Assembly (NCBI RefSeq): GCF_006345805.1
Contig: NC_043014.1
Span: 19,716,001 to 19,780,000 of the forward strand
Reading direction: 5' to 3'
DNA from: Octopus sinensis
Lineage: Eukaryota
DNA: 64,000 nucleotides
Notes under the pieces: model-generated
Database searches by the model: none
Told to the model about the DNA's origin: nothing
What the model saw: only the letters and a program-made list of their open reading frames with translations
Shown here: positions 25,283 through 38,770 of the stretch, one piece after another
Numbering within the stretch: the first letter of the stretch is position 1
Layout of the letters: the number at the start of each line of letters is the position of its first letter
Position numbers and translations under genes: made by a program

Positions 25283-26570
25283 CGAGGGGCGTTCAATAAG
25301 TAATGCCCCTGACCCACTTCCCATAGCAGTAAAGCAACGAAACTTGGCACAGTTATTAGTCTTTTTCTACATAGGAACCACTCAGAGGTACGCATTTCTC
25401 CCATCGTTTGATGCAGCTCTGGAGACCATTTTTGTAGAAGACCCCAGTTTGTTCCTCCAACCACCACGTGACTTCAGAAATCAAGGCTGCATCATCGGGG
25501 AAACGCGTTCGTTTCAAAAACAACTTCATGGCTGGGAAGAGGTGAATATCAGAGGGTGCGAGGTCAGGAGAGTAGGAGGGATGGGGGAGGAGTTCATAGC
25601 CGCACGCCTGTGCCTCTGATCTGGCGACAAGCGAGTTGTGAACCGGAGCGTTGCCCTGCAGGAGGAGGATGCCTTTGCTGATCTTGCCCCGCCTCTTGAT
25701 TTTGATAGCTTCTCTTAATTTCCTCAAAAGTGAAGCATAATAGGCTCCTGTAATCGTGGTACCCTTTGCCAGGAAATCTGTCATCACTACTCCGTCCTGG
25801 TCCCAGAAGACTATGAGCATGGCCTATCCAGCGGAGGGCTGCACCCTTGCCTTCTTTGGAGGAGGTGAGTCACGGTGCTTCCACTGCATTGACTGGGCTT
25901 TGGTCTCTGGATCATAGTGATGGACCCAGGTTTCATCCTGTGTAATCAGTCTTTTGAAAAATTTGACTCATCTTCTAGGCACATCTCCAAATTCATCCTC
26001 GAGCACTCAACGCGTTCTTGCTTCTGGAAAGGTGTGAGCAACCTGGAAATCCATCTGGCAGACACCTTTTGCATATGCAAATGGTCATGAATGATAGTTT
26101 CCACAGACCAGGTACTAATCTTGACCTCATGGGCTATTTGGCGAATAGTTATGCGTCGATCTTCCAAAATGGCAGCCTCAACTTGACGGACAGATGCCTC
26201 ATCAATGGCAGAAGGGGGGCGACCAGATCTGGGAGCTGTTTCCACAGAGTTCCGACCATGTTTGAATTCACAATGCCAGTGTTTTACAAGGTCATATGAT
26301 GAGGCATCATCACCATAAGTTACTTTCATTTCATCAAAAGTCTCTCATGGTGTGCGTCCTTTTAATTACAAAAACCAGATCACTGCTCGACATTCAACAG
26401 GCTTCATTTCACACTTGACTCAGTTCAAACACCTGTAAATCAGAAACCACAGTTAGTTCAGAGTTAGTTCCACTCAATCTATAGAGATATAAATAATTGC
26501 ACATGCAAAATTACAGCTAGATCAAACAACTGCAAGTAGGTTAGAGGTATTACTTATTGAACGTCCCTCG
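25283..26570 (-). mobile_element. mariner (DD34D) element, full length 1288 bp
   Basis: TIRs cgaggggcgttcaataagtaatgcc / ggtattacttattgaacgtccctcg with TA on both flanks. Confidence 0.95.
25356..26407 (-). pseudogene. mariner transposase pseudogene
   Basis: MKPVECRAVI..., PRSGRP, KVSARWISRLLT, ITQDETWVHHYDPETK, LLQGNAPVH (second catalytic D changed to G), HPSYSPDLAPSD. At least 3 in-frame stops and 1 frameshift near 25950. Confidence 0.93.
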
Positions 26571-26589
26571 TATATATATATATATATAT

Positions 26590-27114
<525 letters not shown>

Positions 27115-27910
27115 GCTATTGAAAACCTTAGCAAATTTCAGTTTTTTTTTTACTCTGTGTTCCACGTTCCTGTTAGATAAAAACTATGTTGCGTTATCAA
27201 TTTTATTTTATTCTTGTAATGTTATTTCCACGTCAATGTAATGTCTGTCTGAATCTCTCGTTCTCTGTTACTCCGAAACTGTCCCCACATCTTCGATAAA
27301 TCTTTTCTTTTCCATTCCTTTCCTTCTGCGCATATAAGCGTATGTATGAGTCTTTGTGTATATGTATAGTGTGGGTGTGATTGTGCATGTATGGATGAAT
27401 AGATAAATAGACAGATAGATAGATTCATTCTGCATTTGCATTTGTATTTGATAACGGAAACGTATTTAGTCATTTCAAAAGGATAGCATGTACTTCTTTT
27501 TATATCAAATACCATATATGCCGTTTGCTTTTGGCATCTTATCGTAACTCTATCAAATCTCGCATGTCATATCATGGAGAAAATATATATATTTCCATGT
27601 GAAACGTGTTATTCCGGAAGTGATATAAAATTAATAAACGCAACATCTAAGCAAGCTGTTAATCTATATTATTGGTAACTAATGGATTATAGTTGAGGTT
27701 TGGGAAATCATTCGTTGTTTGTACAGATAATACTTCAAAAGAGTGAAGATGTCAAGATTAAAATTTTCGAAATCAAAATTGACTATCAAATTTCGAGATT
27801 CTTGAAAGGATAGAGAATAATTAAGAATAATTAGTTATAATTGTCTTCCACAATCAAGTTTATACACGTAAGTACATGTATGTATATACGTATCTATGCA
27901 TATTTAAACT

Positions 27911-27973
<63 letters not shown>

Positions 27974-28295
27974 GTGTGCGTGTGTGTGTGTGCGCGTGTG
28001 TGTGTGTGTGCGAGTGCATGCAAATAGTATGCTTTTTATCTTTCCTCTCAATTGATTCAGCCATTAGACAGCGGCGATGCTGGGACTCGATTTTGATAAT
28101 CTTTTGATAATCTTTTGTAAACAGAAATCGATACTTGCACTTATTTTCTTCACATTTGGTACTTATTCAATCGATGTCATTTGCCGAACAGATACGTTAC
28201 GTGGATAAAAGTACATCAAAACCAAGAGGTAGTGGTGCACAAACACGGAGCCACACACATGCGCCTGCTTGCACGCGCACACATACACACATATA

Positions 28296-28660
28296 TCTTT
28301 TCTATATTATAAATCTGAAATGCGAAAAGTTTGTTTGTTTGTCTGGTTTTGGCATTGAGAACGGGTTAAAGGCCATTAGATCCCGTCGGATTGACTCCAA
28401 AATTTACAGGGACATGTAAAATAAGGTGTCGTTGCTAGGGCCAAAAACGCACTTTGACAAGTCTACTCTCATTATTTTATGTATCTGTCTTCCTCCATCA
28501 CTCATTCTCTTTCCTCCCTTCCCATCACGTTCTATATATAACGTGGTTTCACAGCGTCTACTTCCCTTACCTTCACTTTCTCTTTATAACGTCTTTTCAC
28601 AGCGTCCTCAATCTCCCCCTCCTCCCCGCCTTCGACAGCGATTTCACACACTCTCTCTCT
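28296..28660 (+). mobile_element. Possible non-autonomous Helitron 5' portion
   Basis: tctatattataaatctgaaatg...gtttgtttgtttgtct...ggattgactccaaaattt resembles invertebrate non-autonomous Helitron 5' ends. No 3' end was found. Confidence 0.45.
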
Positions 28661-29067
28661 CTCTCTCTACGTATGTCTGCATTCATAGACAGAATTATCA
28701 TCACCACCACCACCACCACCACCACCACCACCACCACCACCACACAATCATGAGAACAAATATTATGAATCAGATATTTATTGGGTTAATTTATATGTGT
28801 GTGTGTGTGTTCTATATATAAATATGTATATATAATGTATGTATACAAAGTGTATATATCTGTATTTATGTATATTAAACTTTTTAATACTTTTTGATAG
28901 ATATATATTTCAGATTTATAACATAGAGATATAGAGGCTAAATCTGAAAACATGAACAGGAAGCAAAATTCTCACTATAGAGCCGCGTATATGCATTTAT
29001 CTTTGGATAGATATGCAAATGTATAAATATCTATATAAATATATACACATATATTTGTTTGTACGAC

Positions 29068-29450
29068 TGGCTTTGTGGTAAGTAGTTTGCTTACCAACCA
29101 CATGGTTCCGGGTTCAGTCCCACTGCGTGGCACCTTGGGGCAAGTGTCTTCTACTATAGCCTCGGGCCGACCAAACCCTTGTGAGTGGATTTGGTAGAGG
29201 GAAACTGTAAGAAGCCTGCCGTATATATCTATATGTATATATTTTTGTGAGTCTGTTTGTCCCCCCCCCAACATCGCTTGACAACCGATGCTGGTGTGTT
29301 TACGCCCCCGTAACTTAGCGGTTCGACAAAAGAGTCCGATAGAATAAATACTAGGATTACAAAGAATAAGTCCTGGGATCGATTTGCTCGACTAAAGGCG
29401 GTGCTCCAGCATGGTCACAGTCAACGACTGGAACAAATAAAAAAGTGAGA
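29068..29450 (+). mobile_element. SINE family A, near full length
   Basis: Colinear with 17240-17648. Confidence 0.9.
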
Positions 29451-29992
29451 GTATATAAGCTTTTTGTACGTAAGTACATGTGCCTGGGCTTGGTTATTTA
29501 TACATATTAAGATATGAATTTTCGTATGTGTGCATAGGCATTGCAAGGTGATACACTATATTCCATAATCGGAACCTATTTTTCTATATTTTTCTTAACC
29601 TTATGATATATAACCTTTATAACAGTGACCTAAATATATTCACTTTATTATCTTTTCTCGAATTTAAATCGTTTACATACGATTTGCTAACGGCGAATAA
29701 TATACATATATTATCTTTTCTCTCGATGTTTATATGCGCAGGCAACCATTCAACTATTAACTATATATATGATTATAGATATGTACGTCTATGTGTGTGT
29801 GTGTGTGTGTTTCTATATATACATATACATGTGTGTGTATTGTATATATTTGTATTATATATATATATTCATGTATAACTATATATACAGACATATGTAT
29901 TTATATAAAACGTGCATCTATCTATATATAAAAAACATATAATAATAATGATGATGATTATAATAATGATAATAATAATAATAATAATAATG

Positions 29993-30029
<37 letters not shown>

Positions 30030-30031
<2 letters not shown>

Positions 30032-30581
30032 GCCCTGATGCAGTACCAGGCAGTGGCTCTCATGGCTTCTGATCTTAACTGATTGGAAGTGTTATCATGT
30101 ACATTGTTTTGTCTTGGTATAGATGGGCTACAGCAAATATTCTGCTCCATACCACAGATTTGCTTTCAGTTGTTTGGCCTTAACCAGTTGAGCATGTCCC
30201 TTAGTGGCTGACGATATGTGCATCTCTGATCACGAGCAGAAGTAGTGGGGGAGCATCATAGCCATGTGTTGAGAGGGATTCTTTGGGGTTTGAATAATTC
30301 ACCTCTGGAAACATGAGTGGTTTTTTCAACATCCTTAAACAACCCTTATTCAGGGACCGTTTGAGTGGGATGGGCTACTCAACCTGAAGAAAATTCTAAC
30401 TGGGCCCCACCTGCAGGTCATGTGCTGTTTATCTTGATATGAGATCACCATGTCGCGCACATATGGTTGTGATGCATGTGCCTGGTGTACCTTTATCAGA
30501 CAGGTAGTCATGATGGGTATATTGGGCTTCGTATATTTTACCCCCAGTGTCACTTTGATGGCATGAACTGCTCTCTCACTC
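30030..30581 (+). mobile_element. ~550-bp non-coding element embedded in (TAA)n, full-length reference copy
   Basis: Starts atgccctgatgcagtaccaggc, ends gaactgctctctcactc, with (AAT)n on both sides. Six further copies occur in the window. Confidence 0.9.
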
Positions 30582-30627
<46 letters not shown>

Positions 30628-31209
30628 CAACACCCTGTGAAATAAATCCACAAAGGATTTCCTTGGCGCAATATTTATTTATTTCGCCAACTATGAAGCT
30701 GGAAAAATGTGTATGATGTGCTTAGATATATTTCCCGTCAACCAAATTCACTTGCAAGATATTGGTTAAATCAGAGCTATAGTTTATGGCAATTGCCTGG
30801 GTAATATCTTCGTGCCCGGATAATATCTTCTTAACCACACAGCCGAGCCAGAGCCATATATATTTATGTATGTATTTTCCCATATGTTGTTGTTGTTGTT
30901 GTTGACATTGGTATTAGTCTCTCGAGGCCGAGAAAGACGATGCTGCAATTTTTGCTGAGCAGCCTGCGCAAATAATCTGTATATAATGGTCAATTATATG
31001 TGCTGTGATGAGCTCACTCTCCTCATTAAATCGACAGTGCTTGTATTTGGAACTTAATGTCAACAAAATTATAGATAATAAACACTATCTTTCTAATGAG
31101 CCCTATAACCGATATTCATTGTTTTTATGGAAATAAAAGGGACTTACTATGATCTATTTAGCTAGATATCTAAACGAAGACATTTCCAGTGATTAATACA
31201 AACTCATTC

Positions 31210-31348
31210 TTCGATCAAAATCCGCCGAGACCGACATTACCTTTCATGCTTCGGGGTCGATAAAAGAAGTACCTGTTGTACAATAAGATTGAATTAATCG
31301 AATTATCCCTCCTCACGAATTTTGTTGGCCTTATGCCAAAATTTGAAA
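31210..31348 (+). mobile_element. SINE family B fragment
   Basis: aaatccgccgagaccgac...ctttcatgcttcggggtcgataaaagaagtacc. Confidence 0.65.
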
Positions 31349-32260
31349 TGCATATAATTTCACTCTACAGTTTTGACATCAGTTGCAATTTTTCCTCTCG
31401 CTGTTTTCCTAATGTTACTATAATGACCCCTGCGCTTCGGAACTGACTGTCACCTCCTCACGGAACTGACTGTCACTCCTGACTCACTCCTGCATCTAGC
31501 CATCGTGAACAATTACTGTCTGTAAAGAATCCGAACTATTCTGCGCTGTTGTTTCTTCCCAGAACGTCGGCCCTCTGGAACTGCTTGTCTGTAATCGATT
31601 AGCAACGGTTTTAGTAATACATTAGCGGCATCCCTTTCACGACGTGACAGAGGAACTTACGAACGCCATGTTCACAGCGCCTACCTAGAAAGCCAAGCAA
31701 AACTAAAACAAAACTAATAGAAAAACTCTCTGCGTGGCTTCTCTAAATATAATTAAATAAAATCCCGTCATGATATTATATAACCACAACCAAAAAATAT
31801 CAACGCCTACGAAAACCACTGACACCCCACTGACTTTTCACTACGACTACAATCATGACGCCTACTACCACCACCGACACCACGATTATCACCATCTTTA
31901 TGGCCAACAACAACAATACTACAACTACCACGAGCAACAACCACAACTACTACTAACACAATCATTAAGATAAAGTCCAGGTGGTTGACAAAGTTGTTCT
32001 TTTGTTGTTATAGTGGTGGTGGTGGTTTAGATAATGGTGGTTTACTATTCACGGAGAAGGTGGTGCTTCTGTTCTTGCTGGAACTGGAAGCATAAAATCC
32101 CACAAGTGAGATAATTGCTAACATTTAATAAGCAAATAAACGAGGCAACACATTAAAAAATTTAAAATAAAATAGTGTGATATGACATGACGTTCCACTT
32201 ATCAGAGATACTGAATTTCACTAAGCATGTGCGTGCGTGTGCGTATGTGTGGTTGCATGC

Positions 32261-32314
<54 letters not shown>

Positions 32315-32384
32315 ATGTATATATGTATATATATATATGTGTGTGTATGTATATGTATTTATATACATATATAAGTATATGTTT

Positions 32385-32416
<32 letters not shown>

Positions 32417-32492
32417 TGTATGTGCATGTAAATATTTATATATAAGAACATATATACATGCACACACACACTCACGCAGACACACGCGCACA

Positions 32493-32557
<65 letters not shown>

Positions 32558-32666
32558 GTTTATACACACACATGCATACATATATCTATATATATATGTA
32601 TGTATGTATGTATTCATGTATGTATGCATGTATGTATGTATGCATGCATGCATGTATGTGTGTATA

Positions 32667-32945
32667 TATTTCACTTGGAATTCTGTAAGTTTTCAACTGC
32701 GAATAAGCATCAACTTCTAGCAAGCCAAGCTACTCCAGACTGATGAAGAGCAATTACCCTGAAACTATTCTCTGGTTGCTGGGTTTGCTGGGTGGAGGTG
32801 CTTATCTCCCCTGTTTGAAAACTTAAGGACACAGAACGCTTGTCAGATAACCAACTGGAAACGATGTTTCCTGAGGCTAAATAGCAGTATCATTCTTCCC
32901 TTTCCTGGGACTGCCTCATTAAGTTGGCAACAAACCTTCACTTTA
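32667..32945 (+). mobile_element. ~280-bp (TA)n-flanked element with a hammerhead-like junction on a long stem
   Basis: Hairpin 32686-32825 closed by taagttttcaa/ttgaaaactta, with CTGATGA and GAAAC at its apex. Confidence 0.65.
32735..32775 (+). ncRNA. Minimal type-I hammerhead-like ribozyme
   Basis: ccaga-CTGATGA-agag(caatta)ccct-GAAAC-ta-TTC-tctgg. One stem II mismatch and one stem III mismatch. Confidence 0.65.
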
Positions 32946-33382
32946 TATATATATATATATATATCCTTCTGATATAAGAATATTTTTGACAGTGACTTCG
33001 AAGTGTATACATGCATATATTATGTGTGTGTGTCTCTGTCTTTATGTATGTCTGTATCTATGTTTGTGTGCGTGTGTCTTTGTATCTGCTTTTGTACGCG
33101 AATGAATGAGCATATGGTAGCTATTCTCATCCTTCTCCTATGTTCATTGTTTATATATGTAAAGGACGGTAAACTACTAGAAATGTTTATACAAATGATA
33201 ACTGGCTAGATTAATGATAACTATAACCAGTGCTTCTACTCTTTCCTAATTAGAATATAACTTATATGAGAAATAATTCATTTAAATTATTTACTGGTAA
33301 ACTACACTCATCTCTAAAGCTCTTTTAGAGAAATCCAAACCCGTATCTTCTGATTTTATTCACCATTTAATATAGAAAGTCT

Positions 33383-33575
33383 TGAGTGCGCTGGGCAAAA
33401 GGCTTAGCGATATTTCTTCTGTCTTCGTTCTGAGTTCAAATTCCGTCGAGTTCGACTTTACCTTTCATTCTTCGGGATCAATAAAATATACAGCAATTGA
33501 GCACTGGGGTCGATGTAATCGACTTGGTCCCTCCCCCAAACTTGCTGGCCTTGTACCAAAATTCGAAACCAATAT
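33383..33575 (+). mobile_element. SINE family B
   Basis: cgttctgagttcaaattccgtcgagttcgactttacctttcattcttcggg...ggccttgtaccaaaattcgaaacc. Confidence 0.75.
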
Positions 33576-34316
33576 ACAAGATCTTGAATAGTTTAGAAAT
33601 TCGCATTGTTATCACTGCATTCGATTGGAATGTTAAGTATCTTCGACTAAACTTTTCCGTGTGTGAAATAAAGTATCGAAAACTGTATAAAAGCTCGACA
33701 TATGGATTGCACTAGTCATTCGAATCCCCAGCCTTTTTACAACCTGTGTACACGGTTCACTCCATGCTGCGTGAATTTAATAACTATTTAGTTCATGTTA
33801 TTGAGCGGATGAATTCTCATAGGAGTCGAAGTTACCATGAGATAAATTACAAATTTTATGACGGGTGACATATTTGATAGTCTTTGAACATTCAATTTCA
33901 AACGATACAAGAATTAGTCGAAAATTCACCTTTTGGACAAGACGGTACCAACCCGTCCTTGGAAGAGTTTTATTAATAGATAAACGTTGAACGTTGCGTT
34001 TCAAAATTGGAATTAATGCTTTGTAGGAGATGGGTTTGGTTACATGGTGAACAAAGTGGTAACAGTTTTGTTTCGGTTGGTTGTTATTTATTTACTTATA
34101 TATTCAGTATTTCATTTTATTTATTTATTCAGTTTCGATTTCGGTTTCGTTTTGGGCAACGCTCGTATTTTAAATTCTTGGTGAGGAATAAGACAGCACA
34201 GATTTCCGACGGATTATGTTTCCTTTGTCTCTGATTAGAAACAATGCTTTAATCTAGACTATATGAATACATTTCTACACTTCAGTGCACGCATGCATAT
34301 ATACACATACATTCAT

Positions 34317-34404
<88 letters not shown>

Positions 34405-35498
34405 CTAGCTAGATAGACACACACATACATGTAAATATGTGTGTATGTGTGTGTGCGCGCGCGCGTAGGTGTGTGTGTGTGTGCGTGCACATTCCAGTGT
34501 ATTCTGAATGATTCCTGCAATCAGTCGCCGAAGCCGGTGAGCTCGTCATAATAAGCTAAATGGTATAACGTCGAATCATAACAAGAAACGCGTTTTTCTT
34601 GTATTTTTTTTATCTCCCTTGAGAATTACTGACACGTTTGTCTTATATGAGCACTATACAACACTTTGGAGGTAGTTGTATCATGATATTATATCCGGTG
34701 GATAGCGAAATTATGGTCAGAAAGAATGACAACCAGAGGTAAATGACATTTGCCTAACACAAGCCCTGCTTTTGTTTTCCCGATGAGTAATTGTAAATAC
34801 AATATAAAATGAAAATCATTTTTCTTTACATATTTGTATTCTTGCTGTATGGAGATATACAGCCTGGACATAATTTGAGTTTAAAACTAATAATGCAGAA
34901 TCGAATACAAATAATGATAGTCTGGGGCTAGAAATTCTGGTTAATTACGCATGGCAATTCACATCATTTGTAATTTACAATCCATATTTTCTATAGAAAT
35001 AGCCTGAAGTTTGTGTTTATATTTTTGAACTAATTCTTATGCAATAGGAGTCACTTCGGCAGAAGGTAATACAGCGCGCACCTTATGAAAATATCCACAA
35101 GGGAAAGCTGGATAATTGCTTAGACTGATTTGTGATATCTATATATACATGTATGAGTTCGTGAGAGAGAGGGAGAGAGGGAGAGAGAGAGAGAGAAAGA
35201 TGGTAAGTGAGAGAGGGACAGTGTGTGTGTGTGTGTGTGTGCGTTTTAAACAAAGATATGCATCATCAGAACGGTAATTGTTTTAGTATACCCGTGACGA
35301 CAGAAAAATATTAACTCAATGCATAAGAAAATCTTGCCCTGAATTGTATCTGCCTCTCTCTCCTTTGCTTCTCCCAAGTACGGCATCAATTCACACACAT
35401 ACACAAGTAAACGCACACATGCAGCATATATACACATGCAACATATATACACATACATCATATATATATATATATATATATATGTATGTGCGAATGTG

Positions 35499-35634
<136 letters not shown>

Positions 35635-35705
35635 AACAAAGACATGACACCAGAAAAATCAAAAGTTATGTTATGAACTTCATAAACCTACAGCTGTTTC
35701 TGCTA

Positions 35706-36612
35706 CAGGATGTGGTGGACTCTTAGTCGAGTACCAAGATAACATCCTGTAGCTTTATCATCAGAGCCTTTAATATAAAGTGCACTTATATTTGGGAAAG
35801 TTACATCTTCTGAATATAGAGGCATTATAAATGACAACACTAATGGGGATTTCTTATTTTATTGTTGTCTTATTTCACATTTCTCCTTTTCCCTACGGCC
35901 GGTCACTTGACTGTTGAGGAGCGAACTAAGATCCCAGCACGCTATGTAGTGTTGAATTCCATTGTTTTCATTCAGAGATGGTGGCGTGCGTGGAAAGCTA
36001 AGCATGTAACACTACGTCCGGAGACAACAAAAAGTTGTCTTGCAATGATGATGACCATGGGCTCTAAGAAGAATGCAAAAAGAAGTGGCCGTCCAACTAC
36101 ATCTCGATTGAGAACGTGGGAACAGCGCAAGAAATGTTTCGCAGCTCGCGAGAATGGACTAACAAGACACACAAGACGTTCGGAGTTGCGTAAAGAATTG
36201 AATTTTCGTGCGTGGAAAACCCATTACGTGTAGGAGCTAAAACGTGAAGACTACGAATGCAGAAGTCCAGAAGTCCAGAACTTCAGAACTTCAAGAAATT
36301 CAGATCTCATTGTGGGGTTACACAATAGAGGAGGTGTACAAGACAAAACCTCGCCCGCACGAGGACTTGGAGATACGGATTCAGGAGGCTCTCAGTGATT
36401 TCCCAGACGACGTCCTTCAGAAGGTTTTTCATTCTATCCCTGGCTGTATGAGAAAACTGGTTGACGCCACCGGTGCTTACGCTGAAATAGGAAGATTTAC
36501 TTCCACTTTCCCACGTAATAAAGAACATGGGTAATTTGCTTCAATACATTTGGAAAAGGAATATGGATTTCATTACCAATTTTTAATGCCTACTTACTTT
36601 TCACCTACCCTG
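35706..36612 (+). mobile_element. Internally deleted Tc1/mariner-superfamily element (DUF4817-type N-terminal HTH)
   Basis: LTVEERTKI...IQRWW...KRSGRPTTSR is joined almost directly to RSP...LWGY.IEEVYKTKPR..EDLEIRI; the catalytic core is missing. TIR-like ends (cagg... / ...ccctg) are weak. Confidence 0.7.
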
Positions 36613-36641
36613 AATTTATACATATATATTTCTACATGTAC

Positions 36642-36694
<53 letters not shown>

Positions 36695-37180
36695 AAACAC
36701 ACATACACACACTCACACGTTGATACGATACATGCGAAGAGAGAGTGAGAGAAAGAGTAGAAGTCCACAATTGCATAACTAATAATTTAAGTGAAATATC
36801 TATATAGGTTTAAACGTTTATTCCCCATAATTCTGCTTGTTTTTAGCTTTCGTGTTACTTTTATTCAAACGTCATTTACAAGAGTTAATATGTATAAATC
36901 AACTTTCACTATTCTGAGATATTTTAAGAGGTGTTACAAATGAATATATATTATAGTAGTTTTTCATTTTTCTCTCCGATACCTGAATCGTTACCATTAT
37001 TTTGTAACTATATTTTACAGGTTCATCTTCATGTTTCAAGCTTCTTTCTCTCACATTTTGTTTTTTGAATTTCCCTTCCCGTTTATCCACTGCTAACCGT
37101 TATTAACTCTGCTACGTCTCGTTTAACATATTGGGTGTTTGGAGTACCAAAAGACTCTTTCTTGATAATTATGTAATATA

Positions 37181-37690
37181 GGCGCAGGTGTGACTGTGTG
37201 GTGAGAAGCATGTTGACCAACTAGATGGTTCCGAGTTCAGTCCCACAGCGCGGCACCTTGGGCAAATATCTTCTATAGCTTCAGCCCGACGAAGTCCTTG
37301 TGAGAGAATTTGATAGACGAAAACTGAAAGAAGCTCATCATATATAAATCGTGAGGTCAATTGATCCGACAAGAATTCCTCCAATGCGGTGCCCCAGCGT
37401 GGCCGCAATCATAACAAGTACATGATCCACGATAAAAGATATATGCTCTGTAAGAATTATTTTTGAGCAATGAGAGTGGAATGGGCAGTGAATAGGCTGA
37501 AGCGTTAGAGCATTGTACCAAAGGAATTGTCGCCACGAGGCTATAGTAGAAGACACTTGCCCAAGGTGCCACGCTGTGGAACTGAACTCGGAACCATGTG
37601 GCTGGGAAGCATGTTGGTCCCGACCGTGGTCAACTTCGCTCTGCACTCCTGTTGGACCAATTAAATAAAGTACCAATCAACTTCTGATGT
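37181..37690. mobile_element. Cluster of SINE fragments (family A + at 37181-37410, family A - at 37535-37612, family B-like tail)
   Basis: ggcgcaggtgtgactgtgtggt head, and ctatagtagaagacacttgcccaaggtgccacgc on the opposite strand. Confidence 0.7.
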
Positions 37691-38117
37691 AAATGGCATC
37701 AGCTAAGCCCCTCCCCTCAAAAATATGTAATGTTAAATTTGTGAATGATGTTCTTCGTGTTAGATATTTCAACCGAGACACTGTTTGGGGGTCGTTGCGA
37801 TCGAATGCGTTACATCCACGATTATTTTAAAGGGGGAGATACCCATTATTAATCAAGCTACAGAGGCTCTACATACATATATACATACATACATACATAC
37901 ATACATACATACATACTACATACATACATATTTTTCATATAGTAGAAGAAATAGCTAAGATTTTTTGGCTGCTATTTCTAAAAGTTCGGTGTGTGGTAAA
38001 GTAAATTATATAACGTAATGTTTTGAATATACCGTAAATGGTCTTTTTACATACTGAACACTACTTGGTAAAGTTAATTAAGAATTAATTAATTTTACCC
38101 TTTTATTATTGATACTT

Positions 38118-38403
38118 GCATACATACATACATACATACATGCATACATACATACATACATGCATGCATACATGCATACATGCATACATACGTACATGCA
38201 TGCATACATACTTACATACATACATACATACATACATACATCATACATACATACATACATGTGTGCATGCATACATACATACATGCATACATACATACAT
38301 GCATACATGCATACATGCATACATACATACATACATGCATGCATACATACATACATACATACATATATACATACATACATACATACATACATACATGCAT
38401 ACA
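38118..38403. repeat. (CATA/CATG)n compound microsatellite
   Basis: Direct tandem repeat. Confidence 0.95.
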
Positions 38404-38529
38404 TATTATTTGTTATGTTTACTTGTTTCAGTCATTAGACTGCGACCATACTTAGACTCCTCGTTGCAGAAGTTTTAGTCGTATAAATCGACCTCAGTAC
38501 TTTTTTTTAAAGCCTGGTAATTATTCTCT

Positions 38530-38770
38530 GGAGGCGCGTCAGCATCATGATCGTAAGATTGTGCTTTCGATTCCTAGACCGGGCGACGCGTTGTGTTCTT
38601 GAGCAAAACACTTCATTTCACGTGGTTCCAGTCCACTCACCTGGCTAAAATGCGTAACGCTGCGATGAACTGGCGTCCCGTCCAGTTGGGGAGCACATGC
38701 GCCATAGAAACCGGGAAACCGGGCCCATGAGCCTGGCTAGGCTTTAAAAGGGCGCATTTATTTATTTATT
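38530..38770 (+). mobile_element. SINE family C head with tail type A, nested in a minus-strand family A SINE (38418-39020)
   Basis: 10-bp TSD taattattct (38518-38527 and 38771-38780), (TTTA)n tail; the host SINE continues on both sides. Confidence 0.85.

Noticed and set aside
30030-30100. HDV-like or hammerhead ribozyme at the 5' end of the 550-bp element
   Set aside because: CTGATG is present but no GAAA or stem set follows, and I could not build the HDV nested pseudoknot by eye.
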